This document shows, piece after piece, positions 18,133 to 32,456 of a stretch of DNA of 64,000 bases. Position 1 is the stretch's first letter. The number at the start of each line of letters is the position of its first letter. The DNA comes from the human T2T-CHM13v2.0 reference genome, Homo sapiens, in assembly GCF_009914755.1 (NCBI RefSeq), contig NC_060939.1. One strand, written 5' to 3'. Position numbers and translations under genes: made by a program. The notes under the pieces are model-generated. The model was not told the DNA's origin. It did not search any database and saw only the letters and a list, made by a program, of their open reading frames with translations.

Positions 18133-18730
18133 TTCATGACAATTTTATAGGATTCAAACACCCTTTCCCATGGGGTTAGAAATTTCTAAGTGTGCCCTTT
18201 TCATGGGCTTAGAAAATTCTTTTTTTTTTTCGGTCTTTCATATGATTTTATTTTCTTCATTCAACCATAATAATATGATATCCAAAGTTTGTCTTAACTG
18301 GTGGGTCTGTAAACACAGGCTTATCTATCCCACTTATAGGCAAGGCAAATGCTGCTTCTTGAAATGGTCCCTCCATGGACCCTCTGGTCATCTAACCCAA
18401 GTCTCCCTCTTGCCTGGCTTTATCTTCACTATATTGTGTGGCCACTCCATTGAATCTCATTCCAGACTTTAACTTTTCCATGGCTTCCATGATTTTGCCA
18501 TGTTTTTCACATAGAATGTGTCTGACCTTTACTTCATTGCCACCACCTTTGGGACCTTGAGCCTTCTTGTCAGTGCTGTCACTCCCAGAGGCTGCTCCCC
18601 CTTTTCCCCCTTTTCCAGAATCACTTTTTCCTTTGAGCGGCATCTTGGAAAGTTGCTGTTGTACCATCCAGGCTTAGAAATTTCTAACCCCATGGAAAGG
18701 GTGTTCTAATCCTGTGAAAATGTCACTGAA
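18133..18730. repeat. Palindromic (MITE-like) inverted repeat split by the PIN4 retrocopy
   Basis: 18133-18190 is the imperfect reverse complement of ~18673-18730 (core CACCCTTTCC(C)ATGGGGTTAGAAATTTCTAAG). Confidence 0.8.
18221..18670 (-). pseudogene. Processed pseudogene of PIN4 (parvulin Par14/Par17)
   Basis: Intronless; translates to [23 protein letters not shown]...[24 protein letters not shown]...GDLG*MTRGSM...[10 protein letters not shown], with two nonsense changes. Poly(A) at 18221-18230. TSD GGCTTAGAAA(A/T)TTCT at 18206-18220 and 18671-18685. Confidence 0.93.
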
Positions 18731-19357
18731 TCTGAAACATAAAATTGTTATATTTTCCAGGCTCAGTAAAGATCTCATCACAATAAAGTCTTCCAGAATC
18801 TACCTCTGAATCCCCCTAACACATCTCTCCTCTCTTCTTTCACTTACTAGAACCAAGAGTAGCTTCAACCAGAACAGTATTAATTGTGGGAGCCTCCCGC
18901 TGAGACGGAGGCACAATTGGAAGAAAGAGAAAGTAAAAAAGAAATTGCTGGTTGCAGAGAAGTTGCTCCTGAAGGGGTTCTGTGGACTGCTTGACTGCCC
19001 CTACATATCACGCATTAGCATCTCATCCTCAGCTTCCATCCTTAACCCTGCCCTCTTCTCTCTGAGAACCTCATCTCGAGTTCCCTTTAGAATATTACCT
19101 CCTTCCAGGCAACTGCAAATTACGTTATTTCTGCATTCATCTTCATCTTTGCCCCAGTTTCATTCCTCCTGTCCAAGACTGTTACCCACACCTGTGCCTT
19201 GGGCATCCTCCCTGCCTCACCTCCTGAAGAGCTTTCTTCATCAGTCTTTACATCTCTGCCTTAGGCCTGAAATCTCTCCCTCCCTCCTGGCCCTTTCCCC
19301 TCAGTGAATAAACATGTCTGTATCTCCCATTTTTTAAAAAAATCCTACCTTAATCCT

Positions 19358-20173
19358 GTATGGTAGACAGAATATTGCACCCCTCACCAAAACATATCTA
19401 CCTCCTACTCCCTGGAACCTATGAATGTTACCTTACATGGCAAAAGAGGCTTTGCAGATGTGATTAAGGTAAAGATCTTGAGATGGGGAGATGATCCTGG
19501 ATTATCCAAGCAGGACCAATGTAATCCCAAGGGTCCTTACTTAAGGGAAAGAGGAGGGCCCGAGTCAGAGAAGGAGAAGGAGATGGGACAACAGAAACAC
19601 AGATCAGAGTGATGCCATTGCTGGAAAAGGGGCCATGAGCCATGGAATACAGATGGTCTCCATAAGGTGGAAGAGGCAAGGAAGAGCTTCTCTTTTAGAG
19701 CCTTAAAAAAAAAAAAAAAACAGCCTTGACGACACCTCAATTTTAACACTATAAAACCCATTTTTGAACTTCTGATATCCCACAATTGCAAGACAATAAT
19801 GTTTTTGTTGTTGTTGTTGTTGTTTTGGAGACAGAGTCTTGCTCTGTCGCCCAGGCTGGAGTGCAGTGGCTCAATCTCGGCTCACTGAAACCTCCACCTC
19901 CCGGGTTCAAGTGATTCTCCTGCCTCAGCCTCCCAAGTAGCTGGGACTACAGGCGTGCGCCACCACGGATGGCTAATTTTTGTATTTTTAGTAGAGACGG
20001 GGCTTCACCATGTTGGCCAGGATGGTCTCTATCTCTTGACCTCGTGATCTGCCTGCCTTGGCCTCCCAAAGTGCCAGGATTACAGGCATGAGCCACCGCA
20101 CCCGGACTGTTTTTGTTGCTTTAAGCCACTAAGTTTGTATAATTTGCTACGGCAGAAAGTGGAAACTAATACA
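19358..20173 (+). mobile_element. MaLR LTR (MLT1C/D-like) interrupted by an antisense AluS at ~19801-20107
   Basis: ATGTTACCTTACATGGCAAAAG..TTTGCAGATGTGATTAAG; ends GGAAACTAATACA. Alu TSD TGTTTTTGTTG. Confidence 0.82.
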
Positions 20174-20383
20174 CCCCACATCCTTCTTTAGCTAATTTTC
20201 AAACACTGTCCTCTCTTTCTCATGCAAACTTCTTTATCAGCTCAATTTCTTTTCCCATTAATTCTCCAAATCACTGTAATCTCTCCCCAGACTGCACTCA
20301 GTGTATTTTCCTACCAATTCTCATCCTGGAATATTCCTATCACTAGAATTTCATCTCTCTGTATCCTCAAAGTATTAGCTATA

Positions 20384-20684
20384 GGCCAGGCGCGGTGGCT
20401 CACGCTTGTAATCCCAACACTTTGGGAGGCCAAGGCAGGCAGATGGCTCAAGCTCAGAAGTTCAAGACCAGCCTGAGCAACACAGTAAAACCCTGTCTCT
20501 ATCAAAAATACAAAAAGTTAGCCGGGTGTGGTGGTGTGCACTTGCGGTCTCAGCTACTCAGCAGGTTGGGGTGGGATAATCACCTGAGCTCGGGAGACAG
20601 AGATTGCAGTGAGCTGAGATCAGATTGTGTCACTGCCCTTTCTAGCCTGGGTGACAGAGTGAGACACCATTTAAAAAAAAAAAA
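20384..20684 (+). mobile_element. AluJ-like
   Basis: Diverged Alu dimer with poly(A). Confidence 0.88.
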
Positions 20685-22180
20685 GTACATAATAAACGTA
20701 AAATTTTCTCTGAAATCAAAAACTATTGCCTCTGGCCCTAGTTGCCCTGAGCCTTGTTTTTCATAAACAGCAGACCCTCCTCTGCTCTTGGGGGTTTTCT
20801 GCTTTCTATGGATGAAAATCTCTGTGCAAGTGGATTTCTTGGAAGAAGGGAGAACATGGAAACAACTGGCAAAAGTTATTTTACTCATTGCTCGTGTCCT
20901 TTCACATCCTCCTGTGCCCTCTGTCAGCCCTAGTGCCTCACCCTGCACAAAGCTCAGCCCACCATTCCTTCACCCAAACCAGAGTCCCTTATTTCTTAAA
21001 GCCCTCCTCCAGCCTCCCGTTGTCCATCAGAACCCCACGCCTCTCAGCCACTCACAGTATGGCTCGTCCTTGACCTCCTGAGGATTTCAACATGTAAACA
21101 AGGCCCTGGCTCCTCTTCTTTCCCCAGGGTCAAGGTGTCCCTCTGAGCCTGTCCTGGTCTCTGAGATCGCTGTTCTGTCCCTTCCCGATGCACTGTCTCC
21201 TGGACCCCACACTGGTGGTGCCACCTGGGTAGATGAGGTAGATGGTGCATTGAAATGTCTTGAATGTCACTGAGTAGAGGCTGTTCCCATAGGTACCGAA
21301 TCTCTCTCTTTATTATTTGCTACATCAGATTGAAGGGTCTGGGTGAGTCCTCTGTAGGCATCGGCACCTCCATTGAAGAAAAGCGACTGCCTCTTATCTC
21401 TGCAACTGTTGTGTCTGCTTGGCCCGCTTGCTTTTTACACATATCATTTTTGGCATCTAGTTTTCTCAGCTTGGCTGACACTTGATGTTACCACATCTCC
21501 AATTTTTTTTTTCTATTTGGACTCCAAGGTTCTGAGACAGAGAGTCTTGACTCTAACTCCTCCTTGAAGAAGACTCAGCAGCTGAAAATATCCTCCACCC
21601 CATGCAAGTGTGCTCTAGAATGGTCTCCTGGGGGACAGACAGCAGCTGGACATGCAGCAGAAGCCACACTCTGTGCCGACTAGCTTCTTCAGGGTCTCTT
21701 CTCTTTTCCCTGGTTAAGAACAAGCTCACGTTTTTCAGCCATTACCTCCTCCACCAAAGACCTGATGGGACTGACAAAAAGCAACAACCGATAAACAAGA
21801 GCAAGCTTTAGCATCTTAAAAATACGCTCGCCAGAGTTTATTTTACATTTTCAATTGAAGGGTGGCAAGATAAAAGTGAGAGACTCTTGTACGCGTATGC
21901 CTCAAGCTCAGAAGATCAAACAATTCAAATATAAATTCCAGAAAGATCTTTTAGAACAGGGAGAAACCTAGTCAAAAATGAAAGGAAATTTCCCCCAGCT
22001 ACAGGGAAACACTGATTTTCAAATTAAAAGGCCCCATAAAGTGCTGGGGCAGGATGACTGAGAAATGACCCCACTCAGACACATCATTGCAACATTTCAG
22101 AACACCAAAAATGAAGCAAACAAGTCTAAAACTTCTAGACTCTAGAGAAAGAAAAATAGGTTACTTAAAAAGAAAGAAGA

Positions 22181-22765
<585 letters not shown>

Positions 22766-24043
22766 TTAAATATAAGATTCCCATCAGTGATACTTGTTGA
22801 CAATAGAACACTCCGCTCCCCTGATGGAACAGTTTCTTTAAAAGTTTAGATAACTGATTAGTCAGAAGAAATGAGATCCAGGAAACAATAGCTCCAACCC
22901 AGCCCAGCCATAAAGGGATGTCCCATTATGACACTAATGCAACAGGCCTGGAGAAAAAAACACTGCAAATTGCAACAGACTGATTGAAGTAAATTTACAT
23001 TATAAATTCAATGATCTCACCTTATGTCCACAAATATCTATTACACACCTATTATCCAGCCAGCAAGGCACAGAGGATATGGTGATGAGAGAGACAGACT
23101 GTCCCTGCTCTCATGAAGCTTACAGTCTAGCCCAGAGGACACTCTCTGTGGTCGGTCCCAGCTATGACCTTCCAGATACACAGTCTGGCTGTTCTCTGGC
23201 TCCGTCCCAGGACTGCAGTTCCTTGGCATCTTGGTGAAGCCATATGTGACTCAGCTGCTCTTAGCTGCTGGCCGTTCAGTGGGAATAAGGATTCCAGGGA
23301 TGGCATTCCCCTTCTGACCTATGGCCCATCCTTCTGCCTTCCAAGCCAGGATAGTGTCTCCTCTCATCCTTCACCAGCCCACTGCTTCTTAGAAGGAAAG
23401 CCACCAGTTGGTGATCAGTGCCCTCCTTCAGGCTGGTCCCACTGTACTCAACTTGGCAGAAATTCCTCCAAAGTATGGCCCGTGGATGACCTCTTCCCTG
23501 AGGCAGATGCTCCCCGATTTTATGTTCTTTTTGATTTTCAATCAAAATGCAATGAAAGCAAAGTGAAATGGAGAAAGTAATTCGATGCATATGATAAAGC
23601 TGCCATTTTACCCGGAATCAGGATGAGCTGAGAGATTAAGGAGAGCAAGAAAGAAAATTGGAAGTTAACTGCTACTTAATAGCAGAATAAGGAACTGAGA
23701 ATGGCTTGCTTTACTTATTATCAGTCCTCCCTGAATTACAAAATAAACAGGATAAAACTTAGTGTTTTCTCTATGCAGAATAAAGGGTGACATTAAGAGG
23801 CTCTGGTAATTAAATTTAATTGGAACCAGATTTATAAAACAGACTGTGAGCTGTTGAGGACAAGGACTCTGTCTTATTCACCTTTGTCTTCAAGTAAATG
23901 CTAGCTATTGTCACTGCTGTTGATGTTGTTATCTAATTATTATGTGTAACAGAATATAGAAATCAGTGCCTCAGAGGATGCACAGAAAAGGATTTTACTT
24001 TCATTGATAAATATTAGATTTTTCTATGCTAAATCGTGGCTGA

Positions 24044-24379
<336 letters not shown>

Positions 24380-24896
24380 CATGTACCGCTTTTCAAGGGA
24401 TAGCTTTATATAGCAGTGTTTTTATTTAAGCACTAGGAATAATATTTGTGTGAAGGCTCTTATAAGAATTCATCATTTAAAAAAGCTCTTTCTCCTCCTT
24501 GATCACCTGAACATCACACTATTGATTCATGAAAAATAAAACTTCGTCTCTCTGAGCACATTCACCTGCTCCTATTGCAGATTGACCTTCTGCATCAAGG
24601 CAAATGAATGCTTTGTTGGGAAAACCAGAAGCAAGTCCACATCATCACAAGGAGGACGTCCATAGTGCAGAGGGTAAGAATGCCTCTGTGGCATGGCCTG
24701 GGCGGCAGGGAAGCACCAAGGAGGAGGAGCAAGGAAGAGGGAAGCCAGGAGGACAGAGTAAAGGGCCAAGGGAAAATGGGAACAACATAAGGCAAAGGAG
24801 AGAGAGCCTTGTGAAAGTAGAGGATGTAGCTTGGAAAAAGAGAAAAGGAAGCAAGAGTCAGAAACAGCAGAAAGCCAACCAAAAACCTGAGAGAGA

Positions 24897-25049
24897 AGAC
24901 ATGCCTGTGGCAAGGGATGCTGGTCAATATCGCATGGCTGTGTGTCCAGAGAGAAGAAGTGGGCTTGGTAAACAACCAGCAGTGTCTGCCACAAACCACC
25001 CCTCTGGGCACAGAATACCTTTTTCTCCCTTCTCAGGACACAGAAAACA
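24897..25049 (+). repeat. Local direct duplicate of 26149-26298
   Basis: Manual alignment ~88% identical over ~150 bp. Confidence 0.9.
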
Positions 25050-25847
25050 AGGGGATGTTTTCTGGGCCAAGGGGATGCTGAGGCAGGAGTCACCCTTTAT
25101 GCCTGGGTCAGAGCACCAGGAGGATGGAAGAGAAGGCTTGTGGGGAGAGAAATGGACAGTAAGTTCTCTTCCTCCAGTTCCAAATTTTTCTTGAGGCAGG
25201 GACAGTGTTATATACATTTTCATCCACGTAAGCAGGCATAATAAATGCCTAACATAGGACAGAACAAAATAAGACTAATAATTCTAAAACTAGCATTTAC
25301 TGAGCCACCATGATTGGCCATGCCTTCCACCAGGCACGATGCACAGATTATTTCATTGAATCCTCATAACTAGCCTGTGAAAGGGAGGTTTTTCTATTCC
25401 TCTGTTACAGATGGGAAAAATAATTCTGAAGGAGATTAAATATTTTTCTTCATGGTCAAACATTAAGTGATGTGTGTGTCTAAATACAACAAGACCTAAA
25501 GAATCACACAGTGCTTTCAAAGTCTGACAACAGCTTGATGAGTCTTATTACATTTGCTTTAAACATTTACCTAGTAAAATAGTCAGATTACTTATTAATA
25601 CTCTCATTGGACAAAGAGAGTATTTATTCTCATTGAATAAAGAGGGGTGCAAGTCACGCAGCCAGGAGAAAGTGACAGAACTGTGGCTATGGCCAAATCT
25701 CCCAATTCCCTGATAAATTATTTTCCACACTTCTTCAAGTTGACAGGAAAGAGGGGAGATCGACTCATCCATGGAAGTGAGCATGGTTCTGAAAGGAGCA
25801 GAGAATCCCCAGCGAATGAGGGAAAGCAAACGTTGTTCCTTTACAGT

Positions 25848-27813
25848 TATGTGAGTTGAGGTCACTCTGCTGCTGAAACAGATAAACCCCCAAATCGCAG
25901 CAGAGTAACAACCAGGGGATTCTTTTTCATGTGAAGTGCAAAAGAGGTGCTCTCAGCCATCAGGTAGCTTTCTTCCAAGTGGCGATTCCGGGGCCCAGGC
26001 TCCTTCTATCCTGTGTCTCTGCCAACTTCAACACATGGCTCCCACGGTTGCCATGACTGGGAGAAGAGAGGATGGGTGGGAAGGTTTTATGGGCTGGGCC
26101 TGGGAGTAGACCTGTCACCTTCACCCATATTCCAGTGGCTTAAAACTCAGACATGCCTGTGGCAAGGGATGCTGGGCAATGTGGTGTGGCTGTGTGTCCA
26201 GGGAGAAGTGGGCTTTGTGAACAACCAGCAGTGTCTGCCACAGGCCACCCCTCTGGGCACGGAATATCTGTTTCTCCCTTCTCAGGATGCAGAAAACAGA
26301 CTCATGCTCACGCCAGCCACAACAACCAGCTCACAGCCCAGGATCTCTGGGTCCAGATGAGGCTGTTTGTGGTGCAACAACCAAAGAGCCAGAGGACAGA
26401 CTATCTCCTCTCCACATACATGCCAGTCAAACCATAGTGGAGTAGGAACCGGAAAACCACAATAAGTCCCAGCCAGATATGAGAAGAATGGGAGACCCAC
26501 AGCGACACAGGTCCAAAGCAGTGATGCAATCCTGCCTGGCCCCTTCCCCTGGCCCTAGGGGAAGTTCCTTTTCTAACCCTGATTCTGCTTCAGGGAAATA
26601 CTCTGTGTCCCTTGTTCTCATGGCCACTGGCTCAGCCTTCTGGGAGGGTTTTCCTCGCCCACTAACCCATTACCCTCCGGGGTCACTGTTGAAGTGGGTA
26701 CGGGTGAGTATGAGGTCCTGCATTCGCAGCAGCCCACCTCCACTTGTGCAAGGCTTGCATAGTGGGGATTGTTTTAAGTCTCAGTCAAAACCTTTTTAAA
26801 TGTAGGCTACCGGTTTCCTTGGCAATCCAGTGATCTCAAAAACTTGGCAGGTTTCTGATGTATTTTCTTCCAGGTAGTTCCATGTGCCAGGAATCATACC
26901 CCAAATTCTTTCTTAGATGTAATTTTCAAGTCTGATGTCTTTATTGCCTCTTCGCCTCCATTCCATCTCTCTACCTAACGCTGCTACCTTGAGACCATCG
27001 CAAACAATAGGTAATAAGGCCACACCTTTCCTCTGATCTTCACCACAGAACTCAATCACTGTGTTTCACTAATATCAGCCTTATTTTTTAATATGTATTG
27101 TCTAAAAGCATTGGCTTTTCTCTATATTCTTTTTCATTTATGCTTGCTAATTGGCCAAACATTTCCTGAGTGTGTTTGTATCTCATAGTAGAACACAAAA
27201 AGTAAAAAGTAAAAGCCAACACATTTTTTTCTAGAGCCACAGTTTTATTCAATATGTAGCCTGCCTTTAAAATGATCAAAGGTAATAGTTTTACTAAATG
27301 TTTTGGCACTGCATGACACAGAGCTCCATCTTTCCATCACCTGATAGCAATTTTCTCACTCCATGGCTAGAGGGTAAGCCAACACCACATATTTTGAGTT
27401 TTGTTACAGAAACACCTCGCTTCAAGGTACCAAGTACCAGTTTCTCAACTAGGTAACACTAGATGTAATGTAGCAGGTAAAGCACAAAATCTCAATGGCA
27501 TCATATAATATTAGTTTATTTCTGGCTCATATGAATCCAAAATAGGTGTTTGTGATCAGCAAATAACTCCTCCAGTGGTGAGTCAGGGACCCACAATCCC
27601 TCCATCTTGTAGTTCTACCTTCTCCAAGGTTAACACAGAAGGTCAAGAATGTATGGGAGCCCAGAACATAAAGCAAATCCCTTCGCTCACATTCCACTGG
27701 CTAGAACTTGATCGCATGGCCCCATTCATTGCAAAGGTAGCTGGGAAGTGTCATCTAGCTGTATTCCCAGGAAGAAGAGAAAATGTATGCAGTAATTAGC
27801 TAGCTCTGCCATA
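25848..27813 (-). mobile_element. MaLR provirus relic (MLT1J/K-like): LTR ~25848-26242, internal region, LTR ~27430-27813
   Basis: Two similar diverged LTRs (ATTCCA(G/C)TGGCT..AACT; ..TCTGCCA(C/T)A ends) flank MaLR-internal-like sequence, with a GGTACCAA junction near 27426. Confidence 0.65.
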
Positions 27814-29733
27814 TACATCCAGTTCCCAAATTCTAATTTAGCATTCTCTTCTGGTTTCTAGATATAGAAAAAGCCAAAATAATTAAGGACTATTTAAAGC
27901 AATTTTGCTTCAAACATTTATTGAGCATATACTATAGGCAAATAAATGGGCAAGACAGGGTATGAAATCTGGAACAATGTATGTGCGTGGAAGATGCTCT
28001 GTAAGAACCCTTGTTTTATTACTGCCTTCTTTCCAAAAGCAGAAAGAAAAGATACACACTGTGTGCCCTGGGCCTTATTTTAGGATGGAAAATGAAAGCA
28101 ACTGTTTTGACTGAAGCCCCCTTTTAGTGGGGGAAAAAAGGAATGGTCTGGCTAAATGGTCCTAAAATAATTCCCATTTCCAAGGGAGCACTGCCCACCC
28201 CAGAAACGTCATCTCCCTCTCTGAACTTCCGGGCATCAGGACTTTCCTTCCTGATTTTCAGGGATAGGCAGATATCTCCCTGCCTCTCCTCTTCTCTCTG
28301 TCATACCAAGAAGTTCAAACACGGCAGTCAGCAGATGACTGGCACTGACGTTTCCCTGCGCCCACTCCTCTCTCTCCATTAGAAACCCAATGCCTTCCAA
28401 GATGGCTTCCCTGAGCCATACTTCAGATTCTGTTCCCGAGGCTTGGGTCGTTAATACTAAAAGCTCTAGGGCTTCCTAGCGCATCTGGCAAATATAACCT
28501 GGGCATTTTTTGCCCACCCACTAGGCTGGAGCCAACTGAAAGGGACGCATGTCCCTATCCCTCCTTCTAGGATCCAAATGGTCTCTTTGCTCCAATATCC
28601 AACCAGCCTCCCTTCTCTCCTGTCCCTTCAGGCACAGCTTGTTTCATTCTAGACCTCACATCTCAGAACGAATCAAGCCATCCCAAATGAAAAAGGAAAC
28701 CTCAGATATGATCACGTTCCTGTCCAAAGCCAGCCAAACCCATAAAATGTTCTAAGTCATTGATAAGCCTTCTCATCCCAGAAGCTCCTTGGGGATTCCA
28801 GGGAACACCAAGTCAAAGCAGTGCCCAGAGAGACCGATGATGTCATAAAGCCAATATCCATATGAAGAGATTCCTCCTTTGCTACTGCTCCACATGCTGT
28901 CCCTGAGCCTTTTCTGTGACAGGCTGAGCTCATCCAGGCACCCCTGGATTTTGTTTTGGCCTTTAAGCTCCTCCCCACTCTGAGCAATCTTTGTCTCAGT
29001 GACCAGACAGCAATCAGAATTGGAGTTGGAAGCAAAGGACCACCACATGGGCTTCCTCCTCCAGCCCCATGTTTCCCTGCAAGAGGCATCAGGCAGCCTC
29101 CAGAAGACAGTGGAGAGGGTGCTGACAGAGCCCAGCAGGCCTCCACTGTGCAAAGAAGCATTCACCCTCTAATTAATTAACTAATTCATCTGATCAATCC
29201 ACAAACATATGCTGATGCTTTCTCTCTGCCAGTCCCTGTGCTGGGCAATGGAGACAGGATGACTCACACAGTTTCTCCTCCAACACCTCATCCCAGGGAA
29301 TTTTCCTATCAGGAGTCTCTTGGTCCATGCTAGCACAATTCTTTTTCTGAAGTGTTCTGTAGGACCCCTTCACAGGACACCGGACATCAGTTAGAGATAA
29401 AAATTTTAATGGATTTTCCCCCCTGGGCGTATGGGTGAGAGACTTAAATAAAAACAATCCTCTTCAAGCCAAATAGCCTTGACTCTGTGAACCTGAATAT
29501 TTTCCTGAATCATGGGCTCTCCTCAACTCCTTGCATGGTTCTCAGGAGACAGATTCTGCTCCCTGAATGGAGATTGCTGGGAAGAAATGGGAACTCGATG
29601 GAATTTGGATAAAGGGATATAGACCCATTTTTCCTACCCAGTAAGATATCCACATGGCTTGGTGACTGTTCTGGCTCTTTACAATGCAGAGAATTTGGTC
29701 AAAGATGAGTCCCCTACACAAACATAAACACCA

Positions 29734-29734
<1 letters not shown>

Positions 29735-29778
<44 letters not shown>
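29735..29778. repeat. (CA)n microsatellite
   Basis: Directly visible, ~22 units. Confidence 0.97.
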
Positions 29779-29781
<3 letters not shown>

Positions 29782-30785
29782 TTATGTTCTGAGGGCCTCT
29801 ACTATCCACTTGTTTCTCATCAAAATCTCCCTCACACAAGACAGTGAGGCTCATGCTCAGATGCTGAAGGCTTTGCCTTCCATAGGAGGCCCTGGTTCCA
29901 CCAGTTCTCCTGGGCATAGGTGTCCCTTTAAAGTCAGCTCTTCCAAGCCTCCTCTGAGAACACCTGCGCCTGGGCTCAGTCTTGCCCTGCAATCCGGAGA
30001 CTGGATGTGTGCTGGATTCAAGTTCCCTTGGTACAGATTTTTGAAAAAGAGGATGAAATGCCCCACTATTGAAATCTCTTTCAAAGCTGAAGAATCTTAT
30101 CCTCAGTCCTTAGGCAATAGTTCTTCTCATCTTGAGAGCAGGGGATTCCTTTTCTTCATTCCAAGCCTCTGTTTTTTGTTGTTTCTTTTTTTCTTTTTTG
30201 CAGCCTGTCCAGCTGTTTTTCCAGCCTGAGCAGCTGCTGTCTCTGCTCACCCGACTGCTCTTGCAGGTCTCAACATGTTTCTTCCTTTCCCTCCTCTCCT
30301 ATCTTGGCAGCAGGCCCAGTAAAAGAAGACACCAATAGTAACCAGCTACTCCAGCCAGGGTCACTGCCTGGGCTTTCCTCCTACTCCCCTTCAGGAACAA
30401 GCTCTGCTATTTCAGATTCTGTCTCATCTTCAGAGGTTCCATTAGAACTGACCAGGGGTCTTCTGTTAGTGTTGCCTGTTGGAGAACAAATGCTGCTGTC
30501 TCCTGAAAGCTGAAAGATTTGGTATGAGGGGAAGGGTTCCTCAATGAGCATAAATATGATCTCTGCTTCCCATTCAATCACCCCCACCTGCTTCTCTAAT
30601 GCCCCACAGGTACAGCTTGTTGGCTTTGAGGGAGACCCCCCCACAGCTACCTACTGGGCTTTCCTGGGCCTGGTGGGATTCTTGGTTTGGAGGATCTAGA
30701 GGATCTAGCCAAGAATATCTTTCCTTTTCCACTAATGGAAATCCCCATGAGGTCTCTGGATCTCCTTCCTCGTTTATAATCTAAG

Positions 30786-31012
30786 GCAGATTCTGTACCA
30801 TTGGCAATTTCCACCCACACCGCACCCCTCGGGAACATTTGGCAATGTCTGGAGACATTCTTAGTTGTTATATGTGGGAGGAGGGATGGTGCTGACATCT
30901 AGGAGGCAGAGGCCAAGCATGCTGCTAGGCATCACACAACACACAGGAAAGCCCCTGACAACAAAGAATAACTCTTCCCCAAATCTCAATAGTGGAGAGG
31001 TTGAGAAACCAT
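30786..31012 (+). mobile_element. MER20 (hAT-Charlie) relic
   Basis: CATTTGGCAATGTCTGGAGACATT...GAGGTTGAGAAACC. Confidence 0.8.
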
Positions 31013-32088
31013 GCCCTAAGGGTTTTCGTCTTAAGGAATCCATGAGGTTATGGCCAACCTGCCAGTCTATGAAATCCCATCAATTTCCTCCAACCCTGAC
31101 CCCAGAGGCTTCCCCTCCCCTGATGATTTGAACTCCAGAGAAATATCCAATTACAGTGCTTGATTTCAAATAGACCAGTAATAGTAATAACCTAATGACA
31201 AAATTTGATTCACCTTAAAGAAAACAAACCTTGCTTATATGTAGGTTGCCATATTTTGTACATTTTCCATTTGTAGAGTACATGTGAGTTTAAATTTTTT
31301 AACATTTCAACTCATTTGTTGAATGTTGGATGAAGCCGTCCTTTGAGACTTGGGGAAAAAATTGTTTTACTAAAACTTCGTGATGCAGTTTTATCTCAAT
31401 GCAGGAATATGTGATTTTCCTTAGTAATTTTGTAGTGAAGTAGAAGAAATACTGACCTCTTTGAAGGTAAGGTGTTTTACATCAGCAACAGTGTTTAAAG
31501 AATGAGAATGAATCTTATCTTTCTGTAAAGGCTTTTGACAAGATGTAGACGTGTTCTCCTTTCCCCTTGACAATGGTAGAAGAGGTTATCTATAGACTGA
31601 AAAGTAGTGAAATTGCCTTTCTCCAAACATTTCCTCTCAAGCCAAAGTTCTTGAATTCAGATTAGCCTCTAGAGTGACGTTGAATAACTGACATCTATTG
31701 TATCTGAAAACTTTGACGTCAGAAGCCAATTGCTCAGTCAAAAGCAAGGCCCAGAAAATGCAAAGGGAAGAAGAGTGTGTGAGAGTGGCATGCGTGATTG
31801 CAGTGGCCTTGAGCAGGTGCTCGGGTGTGTTAGGAGAACAGGGCCTCTGAAAGGAGAGAGGGTGTCTACCAGGAGAGGAAAAGAGGCGAAAGGAAGGCAG
31901 CAGGAAGAATGAAAGGGCCAGAGAATGGTGATGGTCAAAGAGGAGAGTTCCAGAAAAGATACGGGACAGAAGGACAAACAAACCAGGAGACGGAGCAAGG
32001 AAAGGGGATAGCAGAGGGTCACAGGGATGAGAGAACAGGAGAGACGCACAAGGAAAAAAACATGGCAGCATACTCAATGTGGAATTAG

Positions 32089-32456
<368 letters not shown>

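Noticed and set aside
24604-25194. 196-aa ORF on the + strand
   Set aside because: Purine-rich degenerate repeat sequence plus the duplicated MaLR fragment; low complexity, no known fold.
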